The notes beneath the pieces are model-generated. The model did not search any database. It worked only from the letters and a program-made list of their open reading frames with translations, and was not told where the DNA came from. From Octopus vulgaris (lineage: Eukaryota): a DNA stretch of 64,000 bases. The translations under genes were made by a program, and so were the position numbers. Positions 39,597 to 52,303 of the stretch are shown piece by piece (the stretch's first letter is position 1; each line of letters starts with the position of its first letter). The DNA is taken from NCBI GenBank assembly GCA_951406725.2, contig OX597820.1:106702001-106766000 (forward strand), written 5' to 3'.

Positions 39597-40934
39597 ATAT
39601 GAATGTGTGTGTGTATATATATATAAACATGTGTGTGTGTGTGTATATATATATAAACATATGAATGTGTGTGTGTATATATATATATTAGTGTTTGTTT
39701 TTATGTTCAGTTATAATAAAAACAATTTGACATTAATCTGATGGGTTACTCTATACTTTTGTAGAGTAAAAATTTATTATTCTTATACAAGAATATTGAG
39801 AGTGACTTTGAAGTTTGATCCAGCTAAGTCCAACGATAGCATAACTGGCTGAAACTTCGAAGTCTCTGTCAACAACATTCTTGTATAAGAAGCTTAAATA
39901 TATATATTATATACACACCCAGTCAGATATTTAAGAAAAGAAAGAAAGAATGAAACAAAACTTCAACTGCCAAAGGTACACCATTGAAAGTTTTAAAATG
40001 TACAGATTTTTGAAGATTTATTAAATATGGAAATTAACAAATGAATATTTACAATGGAAATATAAGGATTTTCGTTGTTAATATGAGATGAAATATTATC
40101 GTTAGTATTATTATTAGTTAGTTGTGATAGTAAGTTAGAATTAAGTTTTTATGTACACTAAAAATATTTTAGTACAGAACAGAAAAAAATGTCTCCACAA
40201 AACTTACATATATAATAAAAAAAAAATTAAATAAATATTTCAATATGTTGGTAAGGATTGGGGAATAAAAGGTAAGAAACCGAGGAACCCACAATTTTAA
40301 CCTGGTTTTTGTTATTTCAGTTCACTTATGTAATATAATTTATGCTCTTACAAACAAGAGATAGGGAAAATGAGATTTATTTACCACACCTTGGTAAATG
40401 TAGAAGCAGAATATATATTTACATGAGTTTTTGAAAAGAAAAATTATTTTAATTTATAATATCAATGATAGGTAATTAAAAATAAGTCCTGACCATGACT
40501 TCAGCAACCAATGTCCTTCAACTATTATATACAAAGTGAACTTATTTTAAATGAGTAAGACAGTGCACACATTGTCAGTTGACGTGGCTACAATGGAGAT
40601 AACTGTAAATTTATCTGTCATGTAATGGCTAGGGAGATCAAAGGAAAAGAGGTTATTAATTTGGAAAACTATTGAGATGTTTTTTCTAATTATTAGTGAA
40701 TGATGTTTGCTGTTAATTAATTTGTTTTAAAAAAAGTGTTAATAGCATTTCTGCAACAACAAAAAAAACTTTTAAAAAGTGGTATCAAATGGTAAATTAA
40801 TTAACTATGGAAAACCCAAATCATAAACTAAACTAAATTTTCCAAACAAAAACAAAATTAAATCATGAATACATTCCTACATGACTGTTGTCATTCTGTC
40901 AAACTTTTTAATGAAGTCGGACTGTTACATTTTG

Positions 40935-42044
40935 TCAATGACGTTTAGGCCAACCAAACTTGCCACCAAGTAAACTACTGTCATAGTGAACATGGAGTTT
41001 AGAGTGAAAAACATGAAAACTGGAGAGAATTTCTCGCTCAATTTTACGAAAATATTTACGAGGTGTAAAGCCACTCCGAAGAGACCTTGCCAGAGTTATT
41101 AATCTTGGTCGAAATTTAGCTTCAGACATGAATTTCTGAAGGAATTCAATACGGGAAAAGACTTCCTGTTGTTGTAATGAATGAAGACGCCGAATACTGT
41201 TATTCAAAACACTTCCACCAAGACAAAGCTGAAAGTGGTATTCCCAATTAAGTGTCTTAGGAAGTGGAGTAAAACAAAAGCCAACTTCACGTATGGCAAG
41301 TAACTGTTTCTCTTTCAATGATGCTAACTTTAAAGCAAATTTTTCTAAATACTTTGTAGCAACTTTTTTCTTACAAGACAGGGCAGGAGACATCGATGAC
41401 AAAGGTTTAGTAAACATATGTATAACAGATGAGAAATTGTGGCTCATGGGAAATTTTGAACAATTTTCTGGCTTCTTTTTCATACAAAAATGCCGTCGTC
41501 GTTTGGAAATTTCAAAGATTATCTTAGACAAAACACTGTCTGCTTTTGTTTCCTCTTTCATTACTTTTGGGCATATTATCCGCTGAACTTCTCTGTTTAT
41601 AGATGTTATATTTGCTACAGTCAAACCTGTAGCAAGAAGTGGAGCGAAAGAGAGTTCATAACCGATATATTCTTCATCAATGTCTAGTATAACATTCTCT
41701 TCTTTTTGAATCAGCTTGCCATTCTGTAGTGACTGCAAAGCTAGGTCTTCACGAATCTTCTCGATTTTGGCATAACGTTTAATATGACATTGCGTATGAG
41801 GAATTGATTTCTCTGTGAATGGTGATTTGTTTCCATGTTGTGCAAAGCAAGTTTTTACACCTCTCTTTGAATAACTAATACAAAAGCAGATGGCTGATGT
41901 CTTTCCTGGAAGTTTCTTAGCATTATCTCTTGTTGCCCTTCCAAAATATACAAAGACAATGCTGTGGTTTTTTATATGATTCTTTGTGTCCCATTTTGGC
42001 CACACCCATATAGAATGATTGTAGAGACCGGAAATAAGTGCAGA
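40935..42044 (-). CDS. UPF0489/C5orf22-like gene A, terminal coding exon (369 aa + stop, phase 0)
   Basis: Acceptor ttttcttatttacag|TCT. Uninterrupted 1.1-kb non-repetitive ORF. Motifs SALISGLYNHSIWVWPKW, VILDIDEEYIG and PRLITLARSLRSGFTP match remembered C5orf22 PAVYAGHFSHVIWFHPTW, VLDIDLDFF and PTLVTIARSSLDDYCP. Confidence 0.88.
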   Translation of the reverse strand, partial: SALISGLYNHSIWVWPKWDTKNHIKNHSIVFVYFGRATRDNAKKLPGKTSAICFCISYSKRGVKTCFAQHGNKSPFTEKSIPHTQCHIKRYAKIEKIREDLALQSLQNGKLIQKEENVILDIDEEYIGYELSFAPLLATGLTVANITSINREVQRIICPKVMKEETKADSVLSKIIFEISKRRRHFCMKKKPENCSKFPMSHNFSSVIHMFTKPLSSMSPALSCKKKVATKYLEKFALKLASLKEKQLLAIREVGFCFTPLPKTLNWEYHFQLCLGGSVLNNSIRRLHSLQQQEVFSRIEFLQKFMSEAKFRPRLITLARSLRSGFTPRKYFRKIEREILSSFHVFHSKLHVHYDSSLLGGKFGWPKRH

Positions 42045-42517
42045 CTGTAAATAAGAAAAAAAATAAATAAATGAGAAAATATAAAATGAAAACTTTTTTA
42101 AAGACAAGAAAATTAAAGTATTCATTTCATAAAGTGATGATCAACTAATGGTACTACACCTTGTTTCAGTATCTACTGCATTCTATTTATATGTGCACAT
42201 TCAGTTGTATTCATATTCAATTCAGTAAAAAAATTAATAATATTACTTTTTGGAAATCATTATCATTTTATCTTTTTAATTAGAATTAAAATCATATAAT
42301 TCATTGAGGTGAATTTTCTATGGCCAGATATCCGCCCTGTTGCCAACCCTCGCCTGTTTCCAAGCAAGGTAATATTTCCCCATAGTCAAACACATTTAAA
42401 GAGAATGGAAAGGCACTGCTTATATGGTGGTAATGTGATACTCATTTTACAGGCTTAATAGATTGGTAGTAATTACTAATATCAAATGGTATATAGAGTT
42501 TTCATTTTATTATTCAA

Positions 42518-44227
42518 CTAGCATTATGACCCGTCGTTGCCGGGTCATAGTGCTAGTGCATGTATATATGTGTGTATATATATGTGTACATCTATATATA
42601 TACATCTACACATAAAATACAAAGTTATATCTTGATATCGCTAGTGATAACAATACTCAAAATATATAACAGACTGGAATTGTAGGCCCGTCTCTTGCAA
42701 TTTCGATCAATTGTATCTTGTCCTCCCTCTTGTATAGAAGCGTGGCTACAATCCAGCCTACCTCTACTTCTGGGGGGACATTTTTAACATAAAGGTAAAA
42801 ATAAAATATTTCCAATTTTCAAGGTTCGAGTCGAGTACTCCCTTGCACGCTCTGTTGACTCGAACCTTGCTTCTATTGTGGAGAAATTTACCGTCTCTGG
42901 TTAGATACTTGATATATTTCATAGTCGCACCAATACACTTTTCAATGGTGCTTTCATCCAGATGTTCAAATCTTTTTTTTTCTCTACATTGTATACTTTA
43001 TAGACAATAGTCTTTAATTTAATTTATTTCGTTTGGTGGTGTTATCCTAGATTCACCGTCTTTGTCGGTGATCAATCCGAAATAGGATTGTATTTCTTCC
43101 ATTTTAATTTTAATGAGTTTGCTGCCCGCCAACGGCTGCAGCGAAATTCATTTTTGGACTTTCTTCTATCGAAGGCATTCTAACAAAAATGCTTCCATGT
43201 AAACGGTGAAAATATTGTCAATTTCCCCAAACAGGGACACAATTCAATTTTTAAATAATAACCAAAGCTCCTTTTCCCAAAGGGGGAGGGTTACGGTTTA
43301 CAATTATTTAACAAATGCAACACAACAACATTTCCCTTTCGAGGAACCAACAAACGTGATAACAATAGTTAAACAGTAATAATAATAACAACAAACCTTA
43401 TGGTGAATCAAAAAGCAGTACGCAGTTGAAGCTATAGTCCTTTATGTATAAGAAATAAACCAACAGTAGTACTCAGTAAAAGCGGCTGTTCGAGAAAACA
43501 GATATTACATACAGCCAAACTTCATATAGATACTTAATGCTAGCTAATTAGCAGATAATCTAATGTAAAAGCTGTGGTAAAAGGTATGTGCACAGCTCCA
43601 TCTAGACTATTCCATTTCTGCACGCTAATTTTATTTTTAATTTATTCCCATTCATGTGAAACCACTTATTCAAGTTCAAGTCATTGATGCAATTTTATAC
43701 TAATTGCTATTTTTACTTTTGTTATGTTACGATTTAATTATTATATTATACTTTAGTTTGATTTTAATTATTACTTACTACATATAATTCAATTGTTATT
43801 ATTATCTCTAATTTTTATTGTTAAAGTGAAAGTATCTGACATAAAATAGAGAAATGTTTTTGTTTCACTTTTAACACATAATACTGAAATAGTGGAGAAG
43901 ATATGATATTGCTATGGGCTCGCCCTAGGCAAGAAGTTGAACATTTTTTTTACCCATGAAACTACATGGACCCTAAGTAAGGCATGTGTAAAATTTGAAT
44001 AAAATTGGTTGAGTAGTTCTCAAGTTTTAGGGAATCGTAGTGGAGAAGATATGATATTGCTGTGGGGTCACCCTAGGCAAAAAGTTCAAAATTTTCTTTG
44101 CTGATGACACTCGCCGGACCCTAAGTAAGACATGTGTAAAATTTGAATGAAATTGGTTGTGCAGTTCTCAAGTTTTAGGGAAACACACAGACAGACAGCC
44201 ACACATTCTCAGTTTTATATATATAGA
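42518..44227 (-). mobile_element. Non-autonomous Helitron-like element, apparently complete
   Basis: Minus-strand 5' TCTATATATATAAAACTGAG. 3' hairpin CTAGCACTATGACCCG/CGGGTCATAATGCTAG ending in CTAG|T. Tandem ~130-bp subterminal repeat. Confidence 0.75.
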
Positions 44228-44229
44228 GA

Positions 44230-46130
44230 AGAGATGAGCAGAACCAAGTAATGATATCTCCCATGGATACCCAAAGTGGGAGGTTCGTGTTTCTTTTAAC
44301 ACAAGGGATAATTCTATCAATGATAGACCTACTAATTCTGCCCAAGTCAGGTTGGGCAGATTAGCCTGATGGTGAGTTTGCTCTCAAAGTTAGCTTAAGA
44401 GTCCTTAAAAGTGAAATATGAGAGTTTAGGGGCATAGCATTCTGTCCTATCTCACTATTTTAGCTCGTTAATTAAGTCAAAGTATTTCTTATGAATTTCA
44501 TTCAGTCTGTTATCAGCCACTATTTTGTATTCCTTCAGAGTAAAGTTATTATAGGCATCGGTAGGTAGTAAATATAGGTTTCCTGTTTTATCAGAAAGAA
44601 CATGTAGGTTATCAGAGAGATAATGTCAATTAATTTCTTTGGGATGTGGTTTGTGGTTCTCGAGAATTTTAGTTTTTTCACCATGTTAATGAGGTCTTTT
44701 TCCAGTTTCAGTAGTGTAGGATTGTGTGTGTGTGTGTGTGAGAGAGTCTGTAGGTTTTCAGCTTATATAAGTTAATACTGGTATCTCCACAACTTAAAAT
44801 TAGTTCAACTTTAATTAAATCAGTATAGAGTTGACATGTTCTTTAACCTCAGTTGCCCCCCCCCCCCTATTAAATACCAGTTAAATCCAATTGATCAATA
44901 TCCATAGAAACCTTATAATAAGTGAATATTTTAGATAAGTAATAAGTATATAAATATTAATCTATTTCTTTGCAATTTTCTTTTTCTTCCCTGTATTGTG
45001 GTAAAAAAAAAATTTGGTATATACTCAAAATATTCAAAAAAGTGGTATCCTTTTTGTTAAAATTCTCATTCTTAATAATCTTCTTGATTACCCTAAAAAA
45101 TTTTTTAACCTTATACAGTATGATAATATTGTTTGAAATGATCTTTAAAAATTACTAGATTTTTCTCTTTCTCAAATGACTCTACCTTCCTGCTCTTAGT
45201 ATTTATAAGGACCTTTATATAAATAACCTTTCTAAATAAGTACCAATAAGAAAATATAAATATCATGTAGGGTGTAATAATAATAACTTCCTAAACCTAT
45301 AATATAACCCTTAATTTTAAAAAAAGATTAGTGTATAATAGAATTGTTCCATAACTTAATTATTCCTTTAGCTGATACCAAACATCAGTCTTTTATAGAT
45401 ATTATCTTAACAAGTAAATATAATTTTTAGTCTAATATGTTTTGAATTATTATACTTTTTTCTAAAAATCTTCTCTATTGATGTTAACAAGCTAAATATA
45501 CTTTATCATAGTAATTAAACCATTTTATCCCTTTTTCTATGATGTTCTGCCCTTGATTATTTTATTTTATTTTAAAATTAGCCTTTATTTATTTATTTAT
45601 AAAATTATTATATCTCTATAAATTTCATACTCAGCTTATATAAAGCTATGCTGATATATTCACTACTTATAAAAAAAAATCTGCTTAGATTACCGAGATG
45701 CAATTCGAAAAAGCCTGCCTTTTACATACATGTATAAAGGGTGAACAATTCTATATGCTATGCAGGATACATTGGGTGTTCGTCTGGTATGTTGATTTTT
45801 GTTCATTCTTTATAAATCTTGAATTATGCTTGCACTGAGGATTAAAAAGTGCATTTGTGCACTAATTATGAAATCATGTGATATGCGGCTGAATTCTGTA
45901 TTTAAAGGGCTCATTTCGAGAGTTGCATTGCTCCGCACTCAGTACTATATGTTTATTTATTTTGGTAGTTTTGACTTTAAGAGTCCCTCCTAGTGTGTGG
46001 CATTTATGTATAGTAATGCCCTCAATATAAATAAATATATTTAAGAGAAAACAGGATGGATTTTTCTCTTATGAGGATTTCCACGCAACTACTTGATAAA
46101 TTCTTAAAAAGATTATATCCTAATTTTTAA
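44230..46130 (-). mobile_element. Penelope-like element remnant (RT N-terminal region) with probable inverted pLTR
   Basis: Minus strand reads HVLSDKTGNLYLLP...DLGRISRSIIDRII. An opposite-strand hammerhead lies at 45830. Confidence 0.6.
45830..45888 (+). ncRNA. Type I hammerhead ribozyme-like motif
   Basis: GCA-CUGAGGA-U-UAA..AGUGCA(UUUG)UGCACU..UUA-U-GAAA-UCA(UG)UGA-UA-UGC. Confidence 0.6.
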
Positions 46131-46219
46131 ATTGTAAATGTATATATATATATGTAAATGTATGTATGTATGTATGTATATATATATGTATATGTAAATG
46201 TATGTATGTATGTTCCTTG

Positions 46220-47195
46220 GTAATTTCATTTGATATTTATTTTGATGTTGATGTACTTGACTCAATAGGTCTCCTCAAGCACAGCAGGTCACCTTACGAT
46301 CCAGGTAGATGGCCTTGCTCGATCTGTAGGAAAGGCGTAGGTAGAAACTCTATAAGATGCACCAAGTGTAAGCTATGGACACACAAGAGGTGCAGCAACG
46401 TTAAGGGAAGATCTCTGGAGATATGCTGTGACTGCAAAGACCCGGGCTGCTTCCTCCACCAGTTTCGCATAGCCCCAACCCATCCAAAGTACCTGGATTG
46501 CAGAACGACCTGCAGTGCTTACCTTGGATCGTAAGGTGACCTGCTGTGCTTGAGGAGACCTATTGAGTCAAGTACATCAACATCAAAATAAATATCAAAT
46601 GAAAATTGTAGTTGTGATACCTGTGCCAATGGCACATAGAAAGCACCATCCAAACATGGCCGATTATATATATATATATATGTATATATAATCATCATCA
46701 TTTAACGTCCATTTTCCGTGCTAGCATGGGTTGGACGGTTTTACTGGGGTCTGGGAAGCCAGGAGGCTGTACCAGGCTTCAGTCTGATCAGGCAGTGTTT
46801 CTACAGCTGGATGCCCTTCCTAATGCCAACCACTCCGTGAGTGTAGTGGGTGCTTTTTACGTGCCACCGGCACAGGTGCCAGGGAAGGCTGCCAGCGGCC
46901 ACGATTCGGATGATGCTTTTTACGTGCCACAGGCACAGAAGCCTGTCAAGGCGGCGCTGGCATCGGCCACGTTTGGATGGTGCTTTTTATGCGCCATTGG
47001 CACAGGTATCACAACTACAATTTTCATTTGATATTTATTTTGATGTTGATGTACTTGACTCAATAGGTCTCCTCAAGAACAGCAGGTCACCTTACGATCC
47101 AAGGTAAGCACTGCAGGTCGTTCTGCAATCCAGGTACTTTGGATTGGTTGGGCTATGAGAAACTGGTGGAGGAAGCAGCCCGGGTCTTTGCAGTT
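46220..47195. mobile_element. Rearranged RTE LINE pieces forming inverted repeats
   Basis: 46431-46663 is the reverse complement of 46963-47194. Third partial copy at 46223-46303. RTE Cys-rich fragment WPCSICRKGVGRNSIRC. Confidence 0.8.
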
Positions 47196-47590
47196 ACACA
47201 TGAAAGATATTTAGGCGACGCTCTTGGCGTGTGTATGGCGTCCAAGTCTCACTTCCATACAGTAGAGTGCTAAGTATACATGCCTGGTAGATCTTCATTT
47301 TTGTGGTCTTGGTCAGCTTATTGTTGTCCCATGCCCGTTTGGAGAGTCGGGCCATCACAGCAGCTGCCTTGCCAATGCGTATATTGAGCTCAGCATCAAG
47401 GGATAGGTTGTAGGTGATGGTAGAGCCAAGATAGGTAAACTTCTTCACCTCCTGTAATCTGTGGTCTCCAATATGTATGTTTGGGATGTACGATGTAGCC
47501 TGACCCATAATGTTGGTCTTCTTGAGGCTGATAACTAAGCCAAAGTCATTACATGCTTGCTCAAAACAGTTGATGAGCCTTTGTAGGGCT
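47196..47590 (-). mobile_element. RTE/BovB-like LINE RT fragment
   Basis: FGLVISLKKT..M; LQEVKKFTYLGSTI; RIGKAAAVMARL; YQACILSTLLYGSETWT. Confidence 0.85.
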
Positions 47591-47591
47591 T

Positions 47592-47637
<46 letters not shown>

Positions 47638-47884
47638 TATACATACATATATATGTATACATAAATATATATGTGTGTGTGTATATATATATCACGGACT
47701 TAACATAGCCCCCTCCTCTTAGTGACTGCCTCTACACCTCCCGCAATAAGCAACTTTATTTCTTCTCTCTTCTTCATTTTTCATTTCTTACTTGTAATTG
47801 CGTCTTTTATGTTGGATCAACTTCCATATATTTTATATATTTTATTGTTTTTATAATTTTTTGTTTTTTTTATTTATTGTTTTT

Positions 47885-49100
47885 ATACACGAACACATAC
47901 ACACACATACTTACGTATCCACAAACGCACAAAAATCTCCCACACACTACACACATACAACATACATGCATGAACATATATACACACATACACACATGCA
48001 TACATACACACACACCCACATACACCCATGCGCACACACACACAGGAATGCACAGAAACCTATCCCACACAACCCCATGCACACACAGACATACATACCT
48101 TTAGACACACATGTAAACGTACACACAACCACATACACACAACAAAATGCACAACCTGACACACATCTCCACGCTCACACACACATATACACATGCACAC
48201 ACACACATAATACACGCACACACATATACACATGTACACACACAAGCACAGGTTCGCACATATACCTCCAACAAACAATATACATACAGACATGCACACA
48301 ATTATACACACATGGGCACACGCACACACAAGCACGCACATTATGCCTACACAAATTCACATACACACCTATATATATATACATACACACACAATATATG
48401 CATACATGCGCACACACATACACATACATATACACATATAAACACAGACACACACACACAAACATGCACACACATACGCATGCACACACGCACACACCTA
48501 ACACTGACAACCCCACAGATAAACATATATACACCCACATATGCATACACGCACACACATACACACACACACATATATGCACACACAACTACATGCACAT
48601 AGACACACACACACACAAATGAACCCACACATACCTCCCATACACACAGCACACACTCATACATACATGTATACACACATATGCACATACCAGCAAACAC
48701 ACACACATACACAAAGTAAAGTACAGTTATTCCCCACACGCACAACCTCTACGCATACACACACGAACACACACTACAAACAAAACACACACAATACATA
48801 TACGCACACACACATACTTCAAACTACCAGTACCTTCCACTGACCATTCTTCTATGCACATGTGTAGGTAGACACAAGAGCCACTCCTACTTCATTCTTC
48901 CTTGACTTTAAAACGATACTAAGCCCAACCACACACATAGATTAACAGCCATAAACACACACAGACACAGACACACGTGCTATCATTACACACATACATA
49001 CACACAAACACAAACACAGACACACATGCTATCATTACACACATAGATAAACACAAACACAGACCTGCGCGCACGCACATATCCACACTTACACACACAT
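47885..49100. repeat. Degenerate (CA)n/(CACATA)n low-complexity tract
   Basis: About 1.2 kb of imperfect AC/AT repeats. Confidence 0.9.
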
Positions 49101-49245
49101 ACCTCCTTTTCTTGCACTCTCCTGTCTTTGAAAGAACTTTTTCTTCACCCATTCCCTTCCGGTCATTCAAAATGTGACCGCATGTGTACCGTTGGCGATT
49201 TTTTTTCCTCCATCTTCCCTTCCTTAGACCTTTCCTTTTCCTATG

Positions 49246-49278
49246 TTTCTGACGAAGAGCTCCGCTCGAAACATTAAA
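49246..49278 (+). ncRNA. Minimal hammerhead-like motif in a probable Penelope pLTR (~49100-49380)
   Basis: UUU-CUGACGA-A-GAGC(UCC)GCUC-GAAAC-AUU-AAA. Stem III is probably decayed (GUU to AUU). Confidence 0.55.
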
Positions 49279-49419
49279 TCCTCTTTCTTTCTTTCTTTTC
49301 CTGAGTGTCCAATAACACTATACTTGTTCCACGTCCCCGCGTTGTGTTTTCTCATTGTGTTTTCATGTTTGAATTAACTATATATATATATATATATAAA
49401 TGTATATAAATATAGGACT

Positions 49420-51157
49420 ATGGAATACCAAATTGGCTTGCTACAGCAAGAACAAATCTTGTTTCCAAAAATGAAATCACTGAAATGGCAGGAAACTGAA
49501 GGCTCATTGCTTGCCTAAACATTATGTACAAACTGTACACAAGTTGCCTCAACCAATTCCTCCAGGACCATTGTGAGTCGAACAACATTGTGAACAGGCT
49601 GGTGGAAAGAAGAGAGTGGGGGATGTGTCAAACAACTTTTAATAAACAAAGCTGTACTGTCTGAAGTGAGAAAACAATGCAGAAACCTTGTGACAGCATG
49701 GCTTGACAATAAGAGGGCATTTGACTATCCTTCATTCATGGCTGCTGAAGTGCCTACATTTGGCAAAAGTACTTACTACCTTAATTGTTGCTATAGAGAG
49801 ACTCAGAAAGACATGGACAACAATTCTTATCCTTACAACTGAAAACAGAATAATTGTTTCTGATAGTATAGGCATTTCAAAGGGAATATTCCAGGGAGAT
49901 AGTCTTCTTGTACTTCTTTTCATTTTGGCACTGAATCCATTATCATTGCTACTGCAGAAAATGGTTACATGCTAGGATCTTCAACTTCTAGAAATATCAA
50001 TGTAACCCATAATTTCTTTGTAGACGACCTGAAGATTTATGCTAAAAAACAACTGCAATTAATAACATATTCAGCCGATATAGGCATGGAATTTGGCCAA
50101 AAGAAATGTTCATATTTGGTTAAAGAATGAGGAAAGTCAATCCCCCAAACTCCAAACCTGTGCATCAATGGTCTCTTTATCTCTCCCATTCCACACAAAG
50201 CAGCAAACATAAATATATAAATGCAGTGCTGAAAAGTGAAGTGAGTAACATTGTAGAAGTTAGCAGTTGCACTCCTCAAGAAGCACTCACTTCCTGATGA
50301 TTTCCTATACAGCCCCAAAACAGCTGGGCTCTTTTACCTCAGAGAAGACATGGATGGAAAGCACTCAGCATACAAAAAAAAAAAAGACTATGCACGGGTA
50401 TGTTGCCAAGAATCTTGAAGAAGACAGTAGAACTGACATGAAGTGCAGCCTCTCTTGGACACAAGACCACTATACCACACTTCGAGGGTTATGAGTTTGC
50501 AATCGGGGAACAAAGTACCACAAAGTACCTGGTGATTGCCACAAAGTACCTGGTGAAAAAGAGAGACAGTGACGCTCTTGTAATCCCAAGGTGCCACCGC
50601 ATGTGTAGTCTATGGGAGACATCATACATGTGATTAGCAGCTGTCCTAAAATGTCACCACGGTACTACCTCCCTATGTGGCAGAATGTTGCTAAACCAAT
50701 TTACAATGCCATCTTCAAAAAAGACTGTCCTGAAATAAACTGTATTTTGGAATACATTCATAAACTCCAACTCAAGGAATACTGGTGGAATATTCCTATC
50801 AAAACTTCTGTCAAATGTAAACATAACATATTGTTGTTTGGGATAGAAGAGCAAAGGTATGTACCATATAGAGGTCAGCTGCCCTGCAGATATAAATATC
50901 TCTTTGAAAATCAAAGAAAAAGAGGATCTCTATGGATAACTGCTTCAAAACCACCAGCTTGTATATCCAGACTATGAATTCATATCCATACCAATAGTAA
51001 TTGGTGTGCTGGGTTTTGTTAGTAAATACTTAAAGGAGAATCTGGATAAACTGGGATTTTCAGAAAGAGAAATCAACCGGCTAATTCATACATTACAAGT
51101 GCAATCTGCAAGTGGAACAGTAAAGATATGCAAGACTTTCCTCAAGTACCAAATGTG
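49420..51157 (+). mobile_element. R4/Dong-like non-LTR retrotransposon (RT + RLE), decayed
   Basis: GIFQGDSL..LLFILALNPLS, HNFFVDDLKIY, HVISSCPKM, YWWNIPIKT, IEVSCPAD, IPIVIGVLG. Confidence 0.85.
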
Positions 51158-51296
51158 AATTTGTCTGTGTTAACTACATCCCAAAGATGGAGTTTTGTAT
51201 CTTTGTTGGAAACCTCCTCAGTGGAAGTTTTATAATAATTAATAAAATAGAAGAGACACACACATCATAAATTAAATAGTCAAAAGTGATACAAAC

Positions 51297-51419
51297 CATT
51301 ATGAAAGTATTTCTGCTGCGATTCATAGAATCCATTTGGTTTTGTGAATGCCATTTAAAATGTAAGTGACCAGGAAACAGAGAGGGCATACCAAAGTCTG
51401 CTTTAGAATCTATATGAAT
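51297..51419 (-). CDS. UPF0489/C5orf22-like gene A, penultimate coding exon (123 nt, phase 0/0): IHIDSKADFGMPSLFPGHLHFKWHSQNQMDSMNRSRNTFIM
   Basis: Acceptor atatctttcag|ATT and donor ATG|gtttgt. IHIDSKADF corresponds to family LHFDSHPDL. NTFIM|SALISG joins in frame to the 42044 exon (family ENWIMPAVYAG). Confidence 0.85.
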
Positions 51420-51879
51420 CTGAAAGATATAAACGATACAGAAACATAAGTCAAGAATATGAACAGATAAACAATCAATACCTAAATAATTTTTCACATA
51501 GATTACCATTTCTTCAGATCAAGACATTCAATTCTTAACCATTTATCAACGATTTTGGCCACCATTTTGTATTCAATACTGCTATTACTTATGGACATAG
51601 TACAGCACCCATGAGTTTCAGAAACATTATTTCTCACTCAGAATTTCAGAGAGTAAGGAATAAACTACTCATGTTGGTACTTAGCTGTCAGGAAACAGCA
51701 AAAAAATAGATAAATAAATAAACTCCATGATTTCCAAAATTATCCAACAATGCTCCTGATGAACCTAAACACCCTTTCATCTTTATAGCATTTTCACTGT
51801 TTGCTTTTCTGTCTTTATGTATTTTATCCTGGGTACTATGCATATTTAAACATTTTTTATTATTATTATTACTATTATT

Positions 51880-52303
51880 ATTATTATTATTATACATACA
51901 TACATACATACATACATACATAATAATAATAATAAGTGGGTGTAAACACATGAACAAAATACAAATAAACAAAAACAAATTACACGAACGTATATAAACA
52001 GGATACAAATATTACAGGCATTCCCCCCCACACACACACTCACTAAACAGACGCACATAGAGATATAAGCATGCGCAAATGAAGACACATACAATAGAAA
52101 TACAAAATGGCTGACACACAAATAAGAAAGAAGAAAGCAAAGGACCACTGATGCGGTCACAGGAGTGTGACGAAAGAACTCTGGCTGAAATAAGATTAAG
52201 TTTAATGTAAAAAATGAATAACGCTGAAGCTAAGTAACAGCAAATATATAGTGCGTGTGTTTTTATTGGCTAAACTGGCAAAATGACCATTCCTAAATAC
52301 AAC
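51880..52303 (+). mobile_element. Solo pLTR of the 24870-28500 Penelope-like family
   Basis: 51900-52185 matches 28200-28496, and 52225-52303 matches 24870-24952. Contains the hammerhead-like motif at 52142-52185. Confidence 0.8.

Noticed and set aside
42045-42125. N-terminal MNTLIFLSL... of the 396-aa ORF as a signal peptide
   Set aside because: This is the intron's polypyrimidine tract upstream of the acceptor at 42045-42047.
47798-48843. His/Thr-rich and Cys/Val-rich ORFs
   Set aside because: Translations of degenerate (CA)n repeat.
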